Below, in pieces: positions 28,773-41,641 of a stretch of DNA of 64,000 bases. The DNA is from an uncultured Pseudomonadota bacterium (lineage in GTDB: Bacteria; Myxococcota_A; Polyangia; Fen-1088): positions 96,001 to 160,000 of the forward strand of contig CAWKBC010000014.1 in assembly GCA_963847705.1 (NCBI GenBank), in the 5' to 3' direction. The translations under genes were made by a program, and so were the position numbers. The notes under the pieces were generated by a model, which saw only the letters and a program-made list of their open reading frames with translations, had not been told where the DNA came from and made no database searches. Within the stretch, counting starts at the first letter, position 1. Each line of letters opens with the position of its first letter.

Positions 28773-29828
28773 TCACGTCTTGGGGACGACCCGCCCGCCG
28801 GCCCGGAGCGCATCGCGCGCCGCCGCGACGGCCAGGGCCTGGTCAGTCCCCGCGCCGAGGGGGAAGGCTTCCCGACGGCCCCTGAGCACCTCCAGCGACG
28901 CGCGCACCGACGCCGCCAGCGCCGCCAGGTCGTAGCCCCCCTCCAGCAACAGGGCCAGCTTTCCACCGCAGGTCCGCTCGGCCAGCTCGGCCAGCGCCGA
29001 GGTCATCGCCGCGAACCCGCGCTCGGTGAGGTTCATCTCGGCCAGCGGATCGCGCGCGTGCGCGTCATAGCCGGCCGAGACGATGATCAGCTCCGGGGCG
29101 AAGGCGCGCCCGACGGGGAGAAACAGATCGTGAAACACGGCGCCGTAGTCGGCGTCGTCCTGCCCGGCCGGCAGCGGGCAGTTGACCGTCGCCCCTTTCC
29201 CGGCCCCGACGCCGATCTCCTCGGCGGCGCCGGTGCCTGGATAGAACGGGAACTGGTGCACCGACATGTAGAGGACGTCGTCGCGCCCGGCGAAGATCTC
29301 CTGCGTCCCGTTGCCGTGGTGGACGTCCCAGTCGACGATCAGGACCCGCGCCGCGCCCGCGCGGCGGGCCGCCTCGGCCGCCACCGCAGCGTTGTTGATG
29401 AGGCAGAACCCCATCGCCGCGGCGGGACGCGCGTGGTGCCCGGGCGGGCGGACCAGCGCGAAGGCGTTGGCCGCGCGCCCCTGCATCACCGCCTCCACGG
29501 CGCCGACCGCCGCGCCGGCCGCCAGCGTGGCCGCCTCCCAGCTTCCGGGCGAGACCGCCGTGTCGGGATCGAGCTCCGCGTATTCGCCGGCCAACCGGGC
29601 CAGCCGGGCGCGATAGGCGGGGCTGTGGACCGCCTCGATCTCGGCGTCGGTCGCGGCGCGCGGCATCTCGATCCGCACGCCGTCGAGGGGCGCGCGCCCG
29701 AGCTCGCCCATGATCGCGTCGAGCCGCGCCGGCGACTCGACGTGGCCCGGCCCCGGGTCGTGATCGAGAAACTTCGGATCGGTGAGGACCAGCGTGTCTG
29801 CCGCACCTGGTGTCGCTGGCTTGCTCAT
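28773..29828 (-). CDS. Histone deacetylase family protein
   Basis: RPPGHHA, GFCLINN, DWDVHHGNGTQ, SAGYDAH, LEGGY. Confidence 0.93.
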   Translation of the reverse strand: MSKPATPGAADTLVLTDPKFLDHDPGPGHVESPARLDAIMGELGRAPLDGVRIEMPRAATDAEIEAVHSPAYRARLARLAGEYAELDPDTAVSPGSWEAATLAAGAAVGAVEAVMQGRAANAFALVRPPGHHARPAAAMGFCLINNAAVAAEAARRAGAARVLIVDWDVHHGNGTQEIFAGRDDVLYMSVHQFPFYPGTGAAEEIGVGAGKGATVNCPLPAGQDDADYGAVFHDLFLPVGRAFAPELIIVSAGYDAHARDPLAEMNLTERGFAAMTSALAELAERTCGGKLALLLEGGYDLAALAASVRASLEVLRGRREAFPLGAGTDQALAVAAARDALRAGGRVVPKT

Positions 29829-31246
29829 GACGTCACCGCCGGCAGGTCGAAGCTGAAGACGCAACCGCCGCCGGGCGCGTCGCGCACCACCACGTCGCCG
29901 CCGTGGTCGCGCACGATCTCGCGGACGAAGGCCAACCCGAGCCCCGTCCCCTTCTCCCGGGTGGTGAAGAACGGCGTGAAGATCTGCTCGCGCAGAGCCG
30001 CCGGCACGCCGGGCCCGTCATCGCGCACCTCGATCCGCAGGCCTGTTTCGACCGGCCACGCGGCGAGCTCCACCCTTCCCTTGCGCGCGGCCGTGGCGGC
30101 GTTGCGCGCCAGGTTCAACAGCGCCCGGCGGAGCTGGCCCACATCGGCGCGCACACGCAGCCCGGGCGGCATGTCGACCACGATGGCCGCGCCGCTGGCC
30201 GCGCGGGTCAGCTCGCGCACCTCGTCGAAGAGCGGTCCCAGCGCCACCGTCTCGAGGTGGGGCGGCGGCCGGCGGGCGAACTCCAGGAACTCGTTGACCA
30301 CCGTCTTCAGGTGACCGACCTCGCGCTCGATCCGGTGAACCTCCTCCAGCCTCTCCGGCTGCGCGCCGAGCGCGTCGCGCAACAGCCCCGCGTAGAGCTC
30401 GAGCCCCCCGAGGGGATTGCGCACCTCGTGCGCGATGCCGGCCAACATCATCTGCATCCTTTCGTCGCGCGCCTTGAGCGCGGCGCGCGTCTCCTCGAAA
30501 GTCTGCGCCAGAAGACCGATCTCGTCGCGGGTTTCGATCGGCACGGGCGCGTCGAGGTCACCGCGTCCCAGACGGGCCGCCGCCTGCGCGAGGCGGGTGA
30601 TCGGCCCCGAGATCCTCCGCGCGATCCAGGCGGTCACCGCCAGCACACCGATCGCGGCCGCGATCCCGGCCAGGATCATCGAGCGGCGAAAAGCCGCCAG
30701 AATGGCCGGGTAGTCGGCGTTCCCCTCGACGGCGACCAGGCCGGCCGGCCCGCCCACCTCGCCGGGCTCGCCGACCGCGGCGTAGGCGCGCTTGTAGGCC
30801 ACGCCGTCGTGACCGACGAAGAGCGGCGAGGCGGCGGGCGTCCCGGCCAGGGCGCGCGCGATCTCGGCCCTGTCGGCCTCGAGATCGTACGCCCGCGCGC
30901 CGAGCTGCAACGCGCCCGCGCTGTCGCCGCGCGCGCCGAGCTCCGGCGTCACCGCCAGCACGCGCCGCACGCCCAGCCGCCCGCGCGCGGCGTCGAGCCG
31001 CCGGCGCACGTTCGCGTAGGTGAGCGACTCCTCGTCGCCTGGACCGATCGCGCGGAGCTGCTCGGGGAGAATCGTCGCCGCCGCGCCCGCCGCCGCCGTC
31101 TCCAGCCGCCGCGACAGCTCCTCCTCGAGCGCGCGCCGCGCCAGCTGCTGCGCGAAGACGCCGAACACCACCAGCGCGCCCACCGTCGGGACGACCGTCC
31201 CCGCCAGCAACCGCACCAGCAGTCTTCGCGACGGCCGAGCGTCCAT
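29825..31246 (-). CDS. HAMP sensor histidine kinase
   Basis: Two TMs, HAMP, AHEVRNPL, DDGPG, PFFTT, GTGLGL. Confidence 0.9.
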   Translation of the reverse strand: MDARPSRRLLVRLLAGTVVPTVGALVVFGVFAQQLARRALEEELSRRLETAAAGAAATILPEQLRAIGPGDEESLTYANVRRRLDAARGRLGVRRVLAVTPELGARGDSAGALQLGARAYDLEADRAEIARALAGTPAASPLFVGHDGVAYKRAYAAVGEPGEVGGPAGLVAVEGNADYPAILAAFRRSMILAGIAAAIGVLAVTAWIARRISGPITRLAQAAARLGRGDLDAPVPIETRDEIGLLAQTFEETRAALKARDERMQMMLAGIAHEVRNPLGGLELYAGLLRDALGAQPERLEEVHRIEREVGHLKTVVNEFLEFARRPPPHLETVALGPLFDEVRELTRAASGAAIVVDMPPGLRVRADVGQLRRALLNLARNAATAARKGRVELAAWPVETGLRIEVRDDGPGVPAALREQIFTPFFTTREKGTGLGLAFVREIVRDHGGDVVVRDAPGGGCVFSFDLPAVTS

Positions 31247-31394
31247 CGCCCCATTGTGCCGCCCACGCCCGGGGCGCGCCAAGGCCGAAACCAGGTCGTT
31301 GGATCCAGGAAAATACCAACGAATTTCCGCACGATCGGCACCTTGCTGGGGATGCCAGCGATGCACACGGTCAGGTCACCGGAGAGGTGACCCA

Positions 31395-31727
31395 ATGGAC
31401 ACGAAATCGATGACCCGTAAGGAATTCGTCGCGCTGACGTTCACGTTGATTGGCAGCGTGGCGGTCGCTTGCTCGTCGTCGTCGAGCTCGAACGACGGCG
31501 GGACGGGCGGAAGCAATGGCAGCGGCGGGACGACCGGCACCGGCGGAATCACCGGCCGGGGCGGAACGGCCGGCGGAGGCGGAATCGGGACGGGCGGGGC
31601 GGGCGGAAACGGCACCGCGGGGACCGCGGGCAGCGCGGGCGCGGCGGGCAGCAAGGGTGCCGCGGGCAGCACGGGCGCCGCGGGCGATACCGGCGCCGCG
31701 GGCAATACCGGCGCCGCCGGGGCCTGA
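31395..31727 (+). CDS. Small Gly-rich putative lipoprotein
   Basis: GAGAGG RBS; TRKEF Tat-like motif, AVAC lipobox, mature part low-complexity G/A/T/S. Confidence 0.55.
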   Translation: MDTKSMTRKEFVALTFTLIGSVAVACSSSSSSNDGGTGGSNGSGGTTGTGGITGRGGTAGGGGIGTGGAGGNGTAGTAGSAGAAGSKGAAGSTGAAGDTGAAGNTGAAGA

Positions 31728-31874
31728 CCGACGGACCGCGTCGTTCCCCGCGGCGTGGTCGTCCATCAGGCAAAAACGGGGGTCGGGCCGGAGCGCAGAA
31801 AAATAGCGCGCCAGCTTGACTTAGAGGCACCTTACGCTAAAAGATGCCCGCCTTCCGGTGCGGCGGATATTCTT

Positions 31875-33713
31875 GTGCCTTTAGTACCCAGGGAGAAGAT
31901 CGACGACGTTCGGGACCGCACCAACATCGTCGATGTCGTCAAGCGCCATGTGGAGCTCAAGCGGGCGGGAACGGGGAGCTGGAAAGGGCTTTGCCCCTTT
32001 CACAGCGAAAAAACACCCTCGTTCACCGTCCACGAGCCCCGGCAGTTCTTCCACTGCTTCGGCTGCGACGAAAAGGGGGACGCCATAAGCTTCCTGGTCA
32101 AGATCGAGCAACGTCCGTTCATGGACGTTCTGACCGACTTGGCCCAGGCGGCGGGCGTCGATCTGGAGGTCCGGCCGCTCACGCCGGCCGAGGTCAAGGC
32201 GCGCAAGGAGGCCGAGTCCGAGCGCGACCGGATGCTGCGCGCGCTCGATCTGGCGGCCGCCTTTTTCGAGGACCAGTACCTCTCGCCCGCCGGCGCGGCC
32301 GCGCGCGCCTACGTCGAGGGGCGCGGCATCGGCACGGCCGTGCGCGAGAGGTTCCGCGTCGGCTACGCCCCGGCGCGCTGGGATGGCCTCTCGTCGCACC
32401 TGGCCAGCAAGAAGATCCCCGTCTCCGACCTGGAGCGGCTGGGCCTCTGCGCGGTCAACGAGCGCGGGCGCTACGACTTCTTCCGCGACCGGGTGATGCT
32501 GCCGGTGATCGATCGCCAGAAGCGCGTGGTCGGTTTCGGCAGCCGCCTCCTCGATCCGGACGCCAAGGATCGCAAGTACGTCAACTCGCCCGAGTCGCCG
32601 CTCTTTCACAAGAAGGAGCAGCTCTATGGCCTGCACGCCGCGCTGGAGGCGATCCGCAAGACCGGCAGCGCCGTGGTCGTCGAGGGGAACTTCGACGTGC
32701 TCGCGCTGCACGAGGCGGGCATCGAAGAGGCAATCGCGCCGATGGGGACCGCTCTCACCGTCGAGCAGGTGTCGGCGCTCGGACGTATCGCCAAGACGGT
32801 CACGGTGGTGTTCGACGGCGACAGCGCCGGGCAGCGCGCGGCGCAGAAGGCGGTGCCGCTGTTCATCGACGGCGAGGTCGACGGCCGGGTGGCGCGTCTG
32901 CCAGCCGGGTTCGATCCCGACGACTTCGTGCGCCGCAGCGACGACGGCGCTGCCACGTTCCGGCGCATGGTCGACGGGGCGCGGCCGATGCTCGATCAGT
33001 TCATCCAGGACAGCGTCGAGGAGAGCAGCATCGAAGGCAAGCTGGCGACGCTGGAGAAGGTCGCTGAGCTCCTGGTCCGGGTCCGGAACCAGACCAAGCG
33101 CGAGCTCTACGCCGGGCAGCTGGCCGGCGTGCTCGGCCTGACCACCCTTCAGGTCAAGCGCGCGCTGCAGGAGGCCGCGACGCGCGCCCACCGCGGCAGC
33201 CACACGGCGCCCGGCGCCGAGGCGGCGGCGCCTGCCGAGACCCCCGTCGCAGCCGCCCCGGTGCGGCTGCCGCCGGAGGAGCTGCACGTGATCGTGCTCC
33301 TGGCCCGCTACCCCGAGCTCTTGCGCGCGCCCGAGGCCGCCCGCGCCGGGGAGCTGCTGCTGCACCCGACGCTTCGCCAGCTGTACCGGACGGCCGCCGC
33401 CATGGTCGCCGAGACCGGCAAGCTCGACGTGCCGGCCTGGCTGGACGCCGCGCCGGTCGATCAGCGCAAGACGGTGACGGCCGGCCTCATGGACGGAAGC
33501 CTGGCCGAGGTCGCCGATCCGACTGGCCTCCTCCGCAAGCTGGCCACCCGGCTTGAGCTTCTGCGGCTGGACGCCGAGATCGAAATGAGCGCGCGGCTGT
33601 CGCGGGAGGCCCACGCGCGGGGGGACGAGGCGGCGCAGCGCGCGCTGTCGATCCGCGGAATCGAGCTTCGTAAAACCAAAGAAGGGCTGCAGGCAGCCCT
33701 GCAGAGGCCTTAG
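31875..33713 (+). CDS. dnaG: DNA primase
   Basis: [40 protein letters not shown]. Confidence 0.95.
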   Translation: MPLVPREKIDDVRDRTNIVDVVKRHVELKRAGTGSWKGLCPFHSEKTPSFTVHEPRQFFHCFGCDEKGDAISFLVKIEQRPFMDVLTDLAQAAGVDLEVRPLTPAEVKARKEAESERDRMLRALDLAAAFFEDQYLSPAGAAARAYVEGRGIGTAVRERFRVGYAPARWDGLSSHLASKKIPVSDLERLGLCAVNERGRYDFFRDRVMLPVIDRQKRVVGFGSRLLDPDAKDRKYVNSPESPLFHKKEQLYGLHAALEAIRKTGSAVVVEGNFDVLALHEAGIEEAIAPMGTALTVEQVSALGRIAKTVTVVFDGDSAGQRAAQKAVPLFIDGEVDGRVARLPAGFDPDDFVRRSDDGAATFRRMVDGARPMLDQFIQDSVEESSIEGKLATLEKVAELLVRVRNQTKRELYAGQLAGVLGLTTLQVKRALQEAATRAHRGSHTAPGAEAAAPAETPVAAAPVRLPPEELHVIVLLARYPELLRAPEAARAGELLLHPTLRQLYRTAAAMVAETGKLDVPAWLDAAPVDQRKTVTAGLMDGSLAEVADPTGLLRKLATRLELLRLDAEIEMSARLSREAHARGDEAAQRALSIRGIELRKTKEGLQAALQRP

Positions 33714-33717
33714 GGAC

Positions 33718-35646
<1,929 letters not shown>

Positions 35647-35748
35647 GAGGGGCGGAAGGGGCTTTGCCCCTCCCACCGGCCCACCCCACGGAGTGAAGTG
35701 GGCCCGGATCTGCTCGGCAGGTAAGTCTCCGGCGGGCAAAGCCCGCCT
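35647..35748. other. Intergenic hairpins downstream of rpoD (possible terminator or REP)
   Basis: gaggggc...gcccctc and ggcgggc-aaa-gcccgcc inverted repeats; no U-tract. Confidence 0.4.
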
Positions 35749-35767
35749 CCGATCAACCAGGAGAGAG

Positions 35768-36274
35768 ATGCGATTCGCGGTCAAGATCGATGGTCGGGAG
35801 CGGATCGTCGAGCTGGACGAGGCCGGCAAGCCGCGCGTGGACGGCGTCGTGTGGGACGTCGAGATCGTCGAGGCGGAGCGCGGCGTCTGGCTGTTGCGGC
35901 ACGACGGCCAGCAGACGGTCGCGGTCGTCGACGGGGCGGGCGCGAAGACGGTCGTGGAGATCCGGCGGCCCGGCGCCGACCCGCTGGTGCTGGCCGCCGA
36001 GGTGACCGACGCCCGGCGGGCGAAGATCGCCGTGCCGGCCCGCGCGGGCAACGACGCCGCGCCGGTCACGATGCGCTCGCCGATCCCGGGGCGGGTCGTC
36101 AAGCTGCTGGTGAAGGTGGACGACACGGTGAAGGCCGGTCAGACCGTCATCGTCCTCGAGGCGATGAAGATGGAGAACGAGCTCCGTGCGCCGCGCCACG
36201 GCCGGGTCTCGATCGTCCGGTGCGCGGAGGGGGCAGCGGTGGAAGCGGGCCAGGATCTCGTCACGATCGCGTAG
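35768..36274 (+). CDS. Biotin/lipoyl carrier protein (acyl-CoA carboxylase subunit)
   Basis: [16 protein letters not shown]. Confidence 0.9.
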   Translation: MRFAVKIDGRERIVELDEAGKPRVDGVVWDVEIVEAERGVWLLRHDGQQTVAVVDGAGAKTVVEIRRPGADPLVLAAEVTDARRAKIAVPARAGNDAAPVTMRSPIPGRVVKLLVKVDDTVKAGQTVIVLEAMKMENELRAPRHGRVSIVRCAEGAAVEAGQDLVTIA

Positions 36275-36307
36275 ACGAAGCCCGGCAACGCCCGTAGTCT
36301 CAACCCG

Positions 36308-36955
36308 ATGCTCGCGGTTGCCGTTCTGGCCTCGTGGTTGGCGCAGGCCGAGCCGGCACCGACGGAACCGTCGCCGGCAACGCCGGCCGCCCCGCTGGTG
36401 GTGACCCCGCCGCCACCGCCGTCGCCGTTCGACAAACGGGTCGCCGTGTACGCAGGGCTCAGCCATCGTCTCGGGCCCGAAGGGAAGAGCATCGGTCCGG
36501 CCAACGGCCCCTCGTTCGGGGGCAGCTTCGCGCGCCGTTACTGGGCGTCCCCGGAGGGTTTCGATCTCGACCTGGGGCTCGACTTCTTCTACGACCAGTT
36601 CGAGACCGACCTGCTCGGAACGACCATCTCGCAGACCAGCTTCGCGCTCACGCAGACGGCCGGCTGGCGCTGGCGCCGGTTGCGCCCCTTCGCCCAGGTC
36701 GCCGCCGGCGTCGCCATCGGGTACGTCTCGATCCCCAACGGAAACCTCGACTCCACGCAGCCGCTGGTGCGCGGCGCGGCCGGCCTCGACGTGGCGATCA
36801 CACCAAACATCGGGGTGTCGCTGCGCCTGGCCTACACACTCTTCTTCTCCCGACCAACCGTCACCACCGACGTCACCCCGCCCGCGACCCCGATGACCTA
36901 CTCCCCGCTCGGCAATCTGCTCGACGCCGATCTGGGCGTGGTCATGCTGTTCTGA
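36308..36955 (+). CDS. Outer-membrane beta-barrel protein
   Basis: Signal-like N-terminus, amphipathic strands, terminal F. Confidence 0.65.
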   Translation: MLAVAVLASWLAQAEPAPTEPSPATPAAPLVVTPPPPPSPFDKRVAVYAGLSHRLGPEGKSIGPANGPSFGGSFARRYWASPEGFDLDLGLDFFYDQFETDLLGTTISQTSFALTQTAGWRWRRLRPFAQVAAGVAIGYVSIPNGNLDSTQPLVRGAAGLDVAITPNIGVSLRLAYTLFFSRPTVTTDVTPPATPMTYSPLGNLLDADLGVVMLF

Positions 36956-36959
36956 TCCC

Positions 36960-38045
36960 ATGGGCCGCCGCGCGCTCACCCTCTGTCTTCTTCTCGTGCC
37001 GGCCGTCGGCCTCGGCGCGCTCGGCCTGTTGATGGTCGCGGCGGCGCCCGCGCGCCCGGGCGCCGCAGGCGTCGGCGCGCCCGCCCACTATGCGGTCCGC
37101 CAGTTGGTCGGGCTCGGCTGCGGCGCCGCGCTGGGTGCCCTCCTGGCGCGTCTCGGAACGCGGCGCCTCTTCGCCGCCGCACCGCTCGTTTTTCTGGCGG
37201 CGCTGGCGCTCACGCTGGCGGTGTTCGCCCCGGGCATCGGCGTGCGGGCGGCGGGGGCGCGGCGTTGGGTCCACCTCGGCTTCTTGTCGGGCGGCCCTGC
37301 CCCTTTTCTTCTGGGCGCGGTGGCGTTGCTGGTCGCTGCCGCCCGTGACCCCCGGGCGCGGCGTCTGGCGGTCGCCGGCGCGCTGCTGGCGGTGCTGGCG
37401 CTGGTCATCGAGCCGGACTTCTCGGCCGCGGCGATCGCCCTGGCGGTGGCGTTCGCCGCGCTGGCCGGCGGGGGCGTGGCCGGGCGGCGCCTGCTGCCGG
37501 CGGCGGGCCTGTTGCTCATCGCGCTGGCGATCGGCGCGACGCGCTTCGGATACGTCGACAACCGGATCCGCGGCTTTCTTTCGCCGGAGAGCGATCGCCG
37601 CGGCAAGGGGTTCGAGGTGCTGGCCCTGGCGCACGCCAACGCCGCCGGCGCGGCGCGCGGCGTCGGGCTCGGCCGAGGCAGCTCGCGCCATCGGCTGTCG
37701 TCGCCCGCCAGCGACTACGCCTTCGCGATGGTCGGGGAGGAGCTGGGACCGGCCGGCGCCTTCGGGGTCCTCGCCGCCTGGCTGGCCATCGGCGCGGGCG
37801 TGGTGCTGGCCGCGCGCTCGCCGGCCGCCCGCCACGATCCGTCCGCGCGTGCCGCGGTGGCCGGCCTCGGCACCGCGCTCGGGGCCCCGGTCGCGCTGCA
37901 CATCGCCGTCTGCCGGGGGTGGCTCCCGATCATCGGCGTGACCATGCCGCTCCTCAGCTACGATCCGGCGTTGACCGTCGCCTCGGGCGCCGAGCTGGGG
38001 TTGCTGGCGGCGATCGTGCTAGACGCTCGGGCAGAGCTCGCGTGA
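36960..38045 (+). CDS. FtsW/RodA/SpoVE (SEDS) family protein, divergent
   Basis: GARRW, EPDF, GVGLG, SDYAFAMVGEELG, GVTMPLLSY. Confidence 0.82.
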   Translation: MGRRALTLCLLLVPAVGLGALGLLMVAAAPARPGAAGVGAPAHYAVRQLVGLGCGAALGALLARLGTRRLFAAAPLVFLAALALTLAVFAPGIGVRAAGARRWVHLGFLSGGPAPFLLGAVALLVAAARDPRARRLAVAGALLAVLALVIEPDFSAAAIALAVAFAALAGGGVAGRRLLPAAGLLLIALAIGATRFGYVDNRIRGFLSPESDRRGKGFEVLALAHANAAGAARGVGLGRGSSRHRLSSPASDYAFAMVGEELGPAGAFGVLAAWLAIGAGVVLAARSPAARHDPSARAAVAGLGTALGAPVALHIAVCRGWLPIIGVTMPLLSYDPALTVASGAELGLLAAIVLDARAELA

Positions 38046-38989
38046 ACCCTCTCTTCGCACCTCTCCTCGATCGCACCCTCATCGTCATCTCCGGAAAAGG
38101 AGGCGTCGGTCGGACGACGGTGGCGGCGGCGCTGGCGCGCGCGGCCGCCGACGCCGGCAAGCGGGTGCTGATCGCCGCCTCGGCCCCGACCGATCGGCTG
38201 GGGCACCTCTACGGGCGGGCGCCCCTCGGCCCCACGGTGACCACGGTGGCGCCCGGAATCGACGCGGTCAACATGACGCCCGAGAGCGCGTTGCGCGAGT
38301 ACGGCGTCCTGACCCTCCGCTCGGAGCTGGTCGCCCGCGCGCTGCTGGAGAACCGCGCCGCCCGCTCCTTCTTGAGCGCGGTGCCGGGCCTCGACGCCTA
38401 CGCTGTCCTCGGCAAGGCCTGGTGGCACACCACCGAGCGGTTGAACGGCCGCCTGCGCTACGACCTCACCATCCTCGACGGCCCGGCCAGCGGCCACGCG
38501 GCGCTCATGCTGCGGATCCCGGGCGCGATCCTCGATGCCATGTCCAAGGGACCGCTGGCCCCCGACGCCCGCGCCATCGACGAGCTGCTGCACGACCCGA
38601 GGCGGGCGGCGCTCCTCATCGTGACGCTTCCGGAGGAGTTGCCGGCGCGCGAGGCGGGCGAGCTGGCGGCGGCGCTGCGCGAGCTCCGCCTGCCGCTCGG
38701 TCCGCTGGTGGTGAACGCCGTCCCCTCGGGGGACGCGACCGCCCCCGCGCTCACCCCGATTCTGGAGCGGGCGGCGGCAGCCGCTGACCCGGCGCTGGGG
38801 GCGACGCTGCGGTTGACGATCGCCGCACGCGCGCATCGCCAGATCGCCGAGCAGACCATTGCCGGACTGCGGCGCGACCTGGGGCTGCCCATCCTCGCGC
38901 TCCCCCGTCTCCCCACCGTCGACGTCGGCCCCGCCGAAATCGCCACTCTCGCCAGGCAGCTCGCCGCAGCCCAGGTCGAGACTCCGTAG
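38042..38989 (+). CDS. ArsA/GET3-like ATPase
   Basis: SGKGGVGRTT, DGPASGH, VTLPEELP. Confidence 0.82.
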   Translation: MNPLFAPLLDRTLIVISGKGGVGRTTVAAALARAAADAGKRVLIAASAPTDRLGHLYGRAPLGPTVTTVAPGIDAVNMTPESALREYGVLTLRSELVARALLENRAARSFLSAVPGLDAYAVLGKAWWHTTERLNGRLRYDLTILDGPASGHAALMLRIPGAILDAMSKGPLAPDARAIDELLHDPRRAALLIVTLPEELPAREAGELAAALRELRLPLGPLVVNAVPSGDATAPALTPILERAAAAADPALGATLRLTIAARAHRQIAEQTIAGLRRDLGLPILALPRLPTVDVGPAEIATLARQLAAAQVETP

Positions 38990-39067
38990 CCCGCGTCAGG
39001 TTTCCGACGGCGAAATGCGATTTGCGGGGCCGCGCGGCGACCGGTATCGTGGCTCACAGCGACGACT

Positions 39068-41641
39068 TTGCTTGCTCTTCACCTTCTGTCCGCCCTGCTC
39101 GCTTTAGCGCCGAACGAGGGCACCGAACCGCCCCATCTGGTCGCGGTCAAGACGCCGGCCCCGCCGCTCATCGACGGTCGCCTCGAAGATCCGGTCTGGC
39201 AGCTGGCCCCGGGCACCTCGGCGTTCACGCAATCCTTCCCTTTCGACGGCGGGCTGCCCTCGGAAAAGACCGTGCTGCGCGTGCTCTACGACGAGACGGC
39301 GATCTACATCGGGTTCGAGTGCGAGCAGCTCCACACGCCGATCGTCGAGCGCCTGACCCGCCGCGACCGCGACTCGGAGAGCGAGTGGGTCTACGTCAAC
39401 ATCGATTCGCGCAACGACGGCAAGAGCGCCTACATGTTCGCCGTCAACATCGCCGGCGTGCTCGCCGACGCACAGATCATCGACCAGACCACCTACTCCT
39501 GGGAGTGGGACGAAAACTGGGAAGCGAAGACCACCCGGACCAAGAAGGGCTGGTCGGCGGAGATCCGGATCCCGCTGCGGGTGCTGCGCTTCGACAGCAA
39601 GCTGCCGGTGCAGAGCTGGGGGTTCCAGGCCTCGCGCTTCATCGCCCAGCGGGAAGAGACCGACCTGTGGACCTACGTCCCGCGTGACGTCGCGGCGCCG
39701 ATCGCGTTCTACGGACGCCTCGATGGCCTCAGCGATCTCAGGGGGGCCGGCGCGCTGGAGCTGCAGCCCTTCGTCCTCGCCTCCGGCCAGCGGCGCGACG
39801 CCAGCCAGATGGCCGTCGGAGGCGGCACCTCGGGCAGCGCCTCGGCCGGCCTCGATCTCAAGTGGCACATCGCCCAGGACCTCACCTTCGACGCCGCGCT
39901 CAACCCGGACTTCTCCCAGGTCGAGCTCGACCAGATCATCCTGAACCTCGGCACCTACGAGACGTTCCTGCCGGAGAAGCGCCCGCTTTTCCTGGAGGGG
40001 ATCGACGCCTTCTCGTTCCCGATGCAGGTCTTCTATTCGCGCCGGATCGGCAGCGCGCCGGTGGCGCCCTCGCTGCGGAGCGATGCCTCCAGCAACGAAG
40101 AGCTGGTCAACCTCACGACGCCGGCGACGATCTACGGCGCCGGGAAGCTGGTCGGCCGCCTCAGCCCCAACTGGACGATCGGCGCGCTGAGCGCCCTCAC
40201 GGCCGCCAACAACGTCACCATCTACGACAACATCAACGAAAGAGAGACCCAGCGGCTGGCGGCGCCGATCACCGCATTCAACGTTCTGCGTCTCAAGCGC
40301 GAGCTCGGCAGCGGCGGCCACATCGGCCTCATCGGAACCGGCTCGACGACGTTCGAGAACGACGGCGGCTACCCCAAGCTGACCACCGAGAGCCTTCGCG
40401 AGCTGTGCCCCTCGGGGGCGACCCCGCCCGTCGGGAGCAACTGTTTCCACGACGCCTACGTCGGCGGCCTCGACGGTCTCTGGCGCTCGCCCTCGGGCGC
40501 CTACGTCGTCAACGGCGCGTTCATCGAGTCGTACATCCGCGGCGGGCCGGTGGTCATGCAGCCCGACGGGACGTTGATCGGCTCGGGCGCGGCGGCGCCG
40601 GGCGGGTGGCTGCGGGTGGCGAAAGAGGGGGGCAAGCACCTCACCTGGAGCGCGGAGTACACCGGCGCGGGGCGCCAGCTCGACTACAACGACCTCGGCT
40701 ACATGCAGCGGCAAAACGTGGAGACCGTGCAGGCGACTGTCGGCTGGCGGACGCTGGAGCCGGGCAAGCACACCGTCGACACCACCAGCACCCTGGTCGT
40801 CTCGGACAGCCGCAACATGTCCTGGCTCGATCTCGGGCAGGGCTACGAGCTGAACACGCGCCTCCACCTGCTCGACTTCTCGTCGGTGTTCCTGGCCGCG
40901 GACTACGCCCCCGCGCGCTTCGACGACCGCGAGGTCGGCGACGGCACCGCGCTCGAGCGCGCCGGCTACCTCGGCGGCAAGCTGGAGTACGACAGCGATC
41001 CGCGCCGCGCCGTCTACGCGACGATCGCCAACCAGACGCAAGTGATGGGCGCCGGCATCTACGCGACCAGCGTGCAGGCGAGCGCCCTGTTCCACGCGCT
41101 CCCGCAGCTCGACATCGAGATCATCCCGACGTTCACCTGGGCGGCCGGCGAGTACCGCTACGCCTGGCAGTCGGTCGGCCCGGACGACCCCTATCTGTTC
41201 GGCAAGCTGGCCGCCAAGAACGTCAGCGCCACCCTGCGCGCCAGCTACACCTTCACCCCGCGCCTCACGCTGCAGGCCTACGCGCAGGCCTTTCTCGCCT
41301 CCGGACATTTCTCCGACGTCCGCGCGATCGGCGCCCTGCCGAGCGGGCCCGGCGCGCCCCCGCGCCAGCCAGGCGGCACGGTTCACCTGTCGACGCTCGC
41401 CGGCTCTCCGGGAGTCATCCCCGGCACGAACCCCGACTTCGAAGAGGCGGCCATCAATGCCAGCGTCGTCTTCCGCTGGGAGTACCGCCTCGGTTCGACT
41501 CTCTATCTCGTGTATACCCGCTCACAAATTCCAGAGGTACAGAACCTGATGGGCCCGGCGATGCTGGCTCCGCGCGAGTTCAACCACGGCGCGGCGACCG
41601 ACGTGATTTTGCTGAAACTCTCATATTGGTGGGCCAGCTGA
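39068..41641 (+). CDS. CBM9-like/DUF5916-type large exported protein, probable outer-membrane barrel
   Basis: Signal peptide, PLIDGRLEDPVW, WSAEIRIP, NPDFSQVE, PEKRPLFLEG, FYSRRIG, terminal LKLSYW. Confidence 0.78.
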   Translation: MLALHLLSALLALAPNEGTEPPHLVAVKTPAPPLIDGRLEDPVWQLAPGTSAFTQSFPFDGGLPSEKTVLRVLYDETAIYIGFECEQLHTPIVERLTRRDRDSESEWVYVNIDSRNDGKSAYMFAVNIAGVLADAQIIDQTTYSWEWDENWEAKTTRTKKGWSAEIRIPLRVLRFDSKLPVQSWGFQASRFIAQREETDLWTYVPRDVAAPIAFYGRLDGLSDLRGAGALELQPFVLASGQRRDASQMAVGGGTSGSASAGLDLKWHIAQDLTFDAALNPDFSQVELDQIILNLGTYETFLPEKRPLFLEGIDAFSFPMQVFYSRRIGSAPVAPSLRSDASSNEELVNLTTPATIYGAGKLVGRLSPNWTIGALSALTAANNVTIYDNINERETQRLAAPITAFNVLRLKRELGSGGHIGLIGTGSTTFENDGGYPKLTTESLRELCPSGATPPVGSNCFHDAYVGGLDGLWRSPSGAYVVNGAFIESYIRGGPVVMQPDGTLIGSGAAAPGGWLRVAKEGGKHLTWSAEYTGAGRQLDYNDLGYMQRQNVETVQATVGWRTLEPGKHTVDTTSTLVVSDSRNMSWLDLGQGYELNTRLHLLDFSSVFLAADYAPARFDDREVGDGTALERAGYLGGKLEYDSDPRRAVYATIANQTQVMGAGIYATSVQASALFHALPQLDIEIIPTFTWAAGEYRYAWQSVGPDDPYLFGKLAAKNVSATLRASYTFTPRLTLQAYAQAFLASGHFSDVRAIGALPSGPGAPPRQPGGTVHLSTLAGSPGVIPGTNPDFEEAAINASVVFRWEYRLGSTLYLVYTRSQIPEVQNLMGPAMLAPREFNHGAATDVILLKLSYWWAS

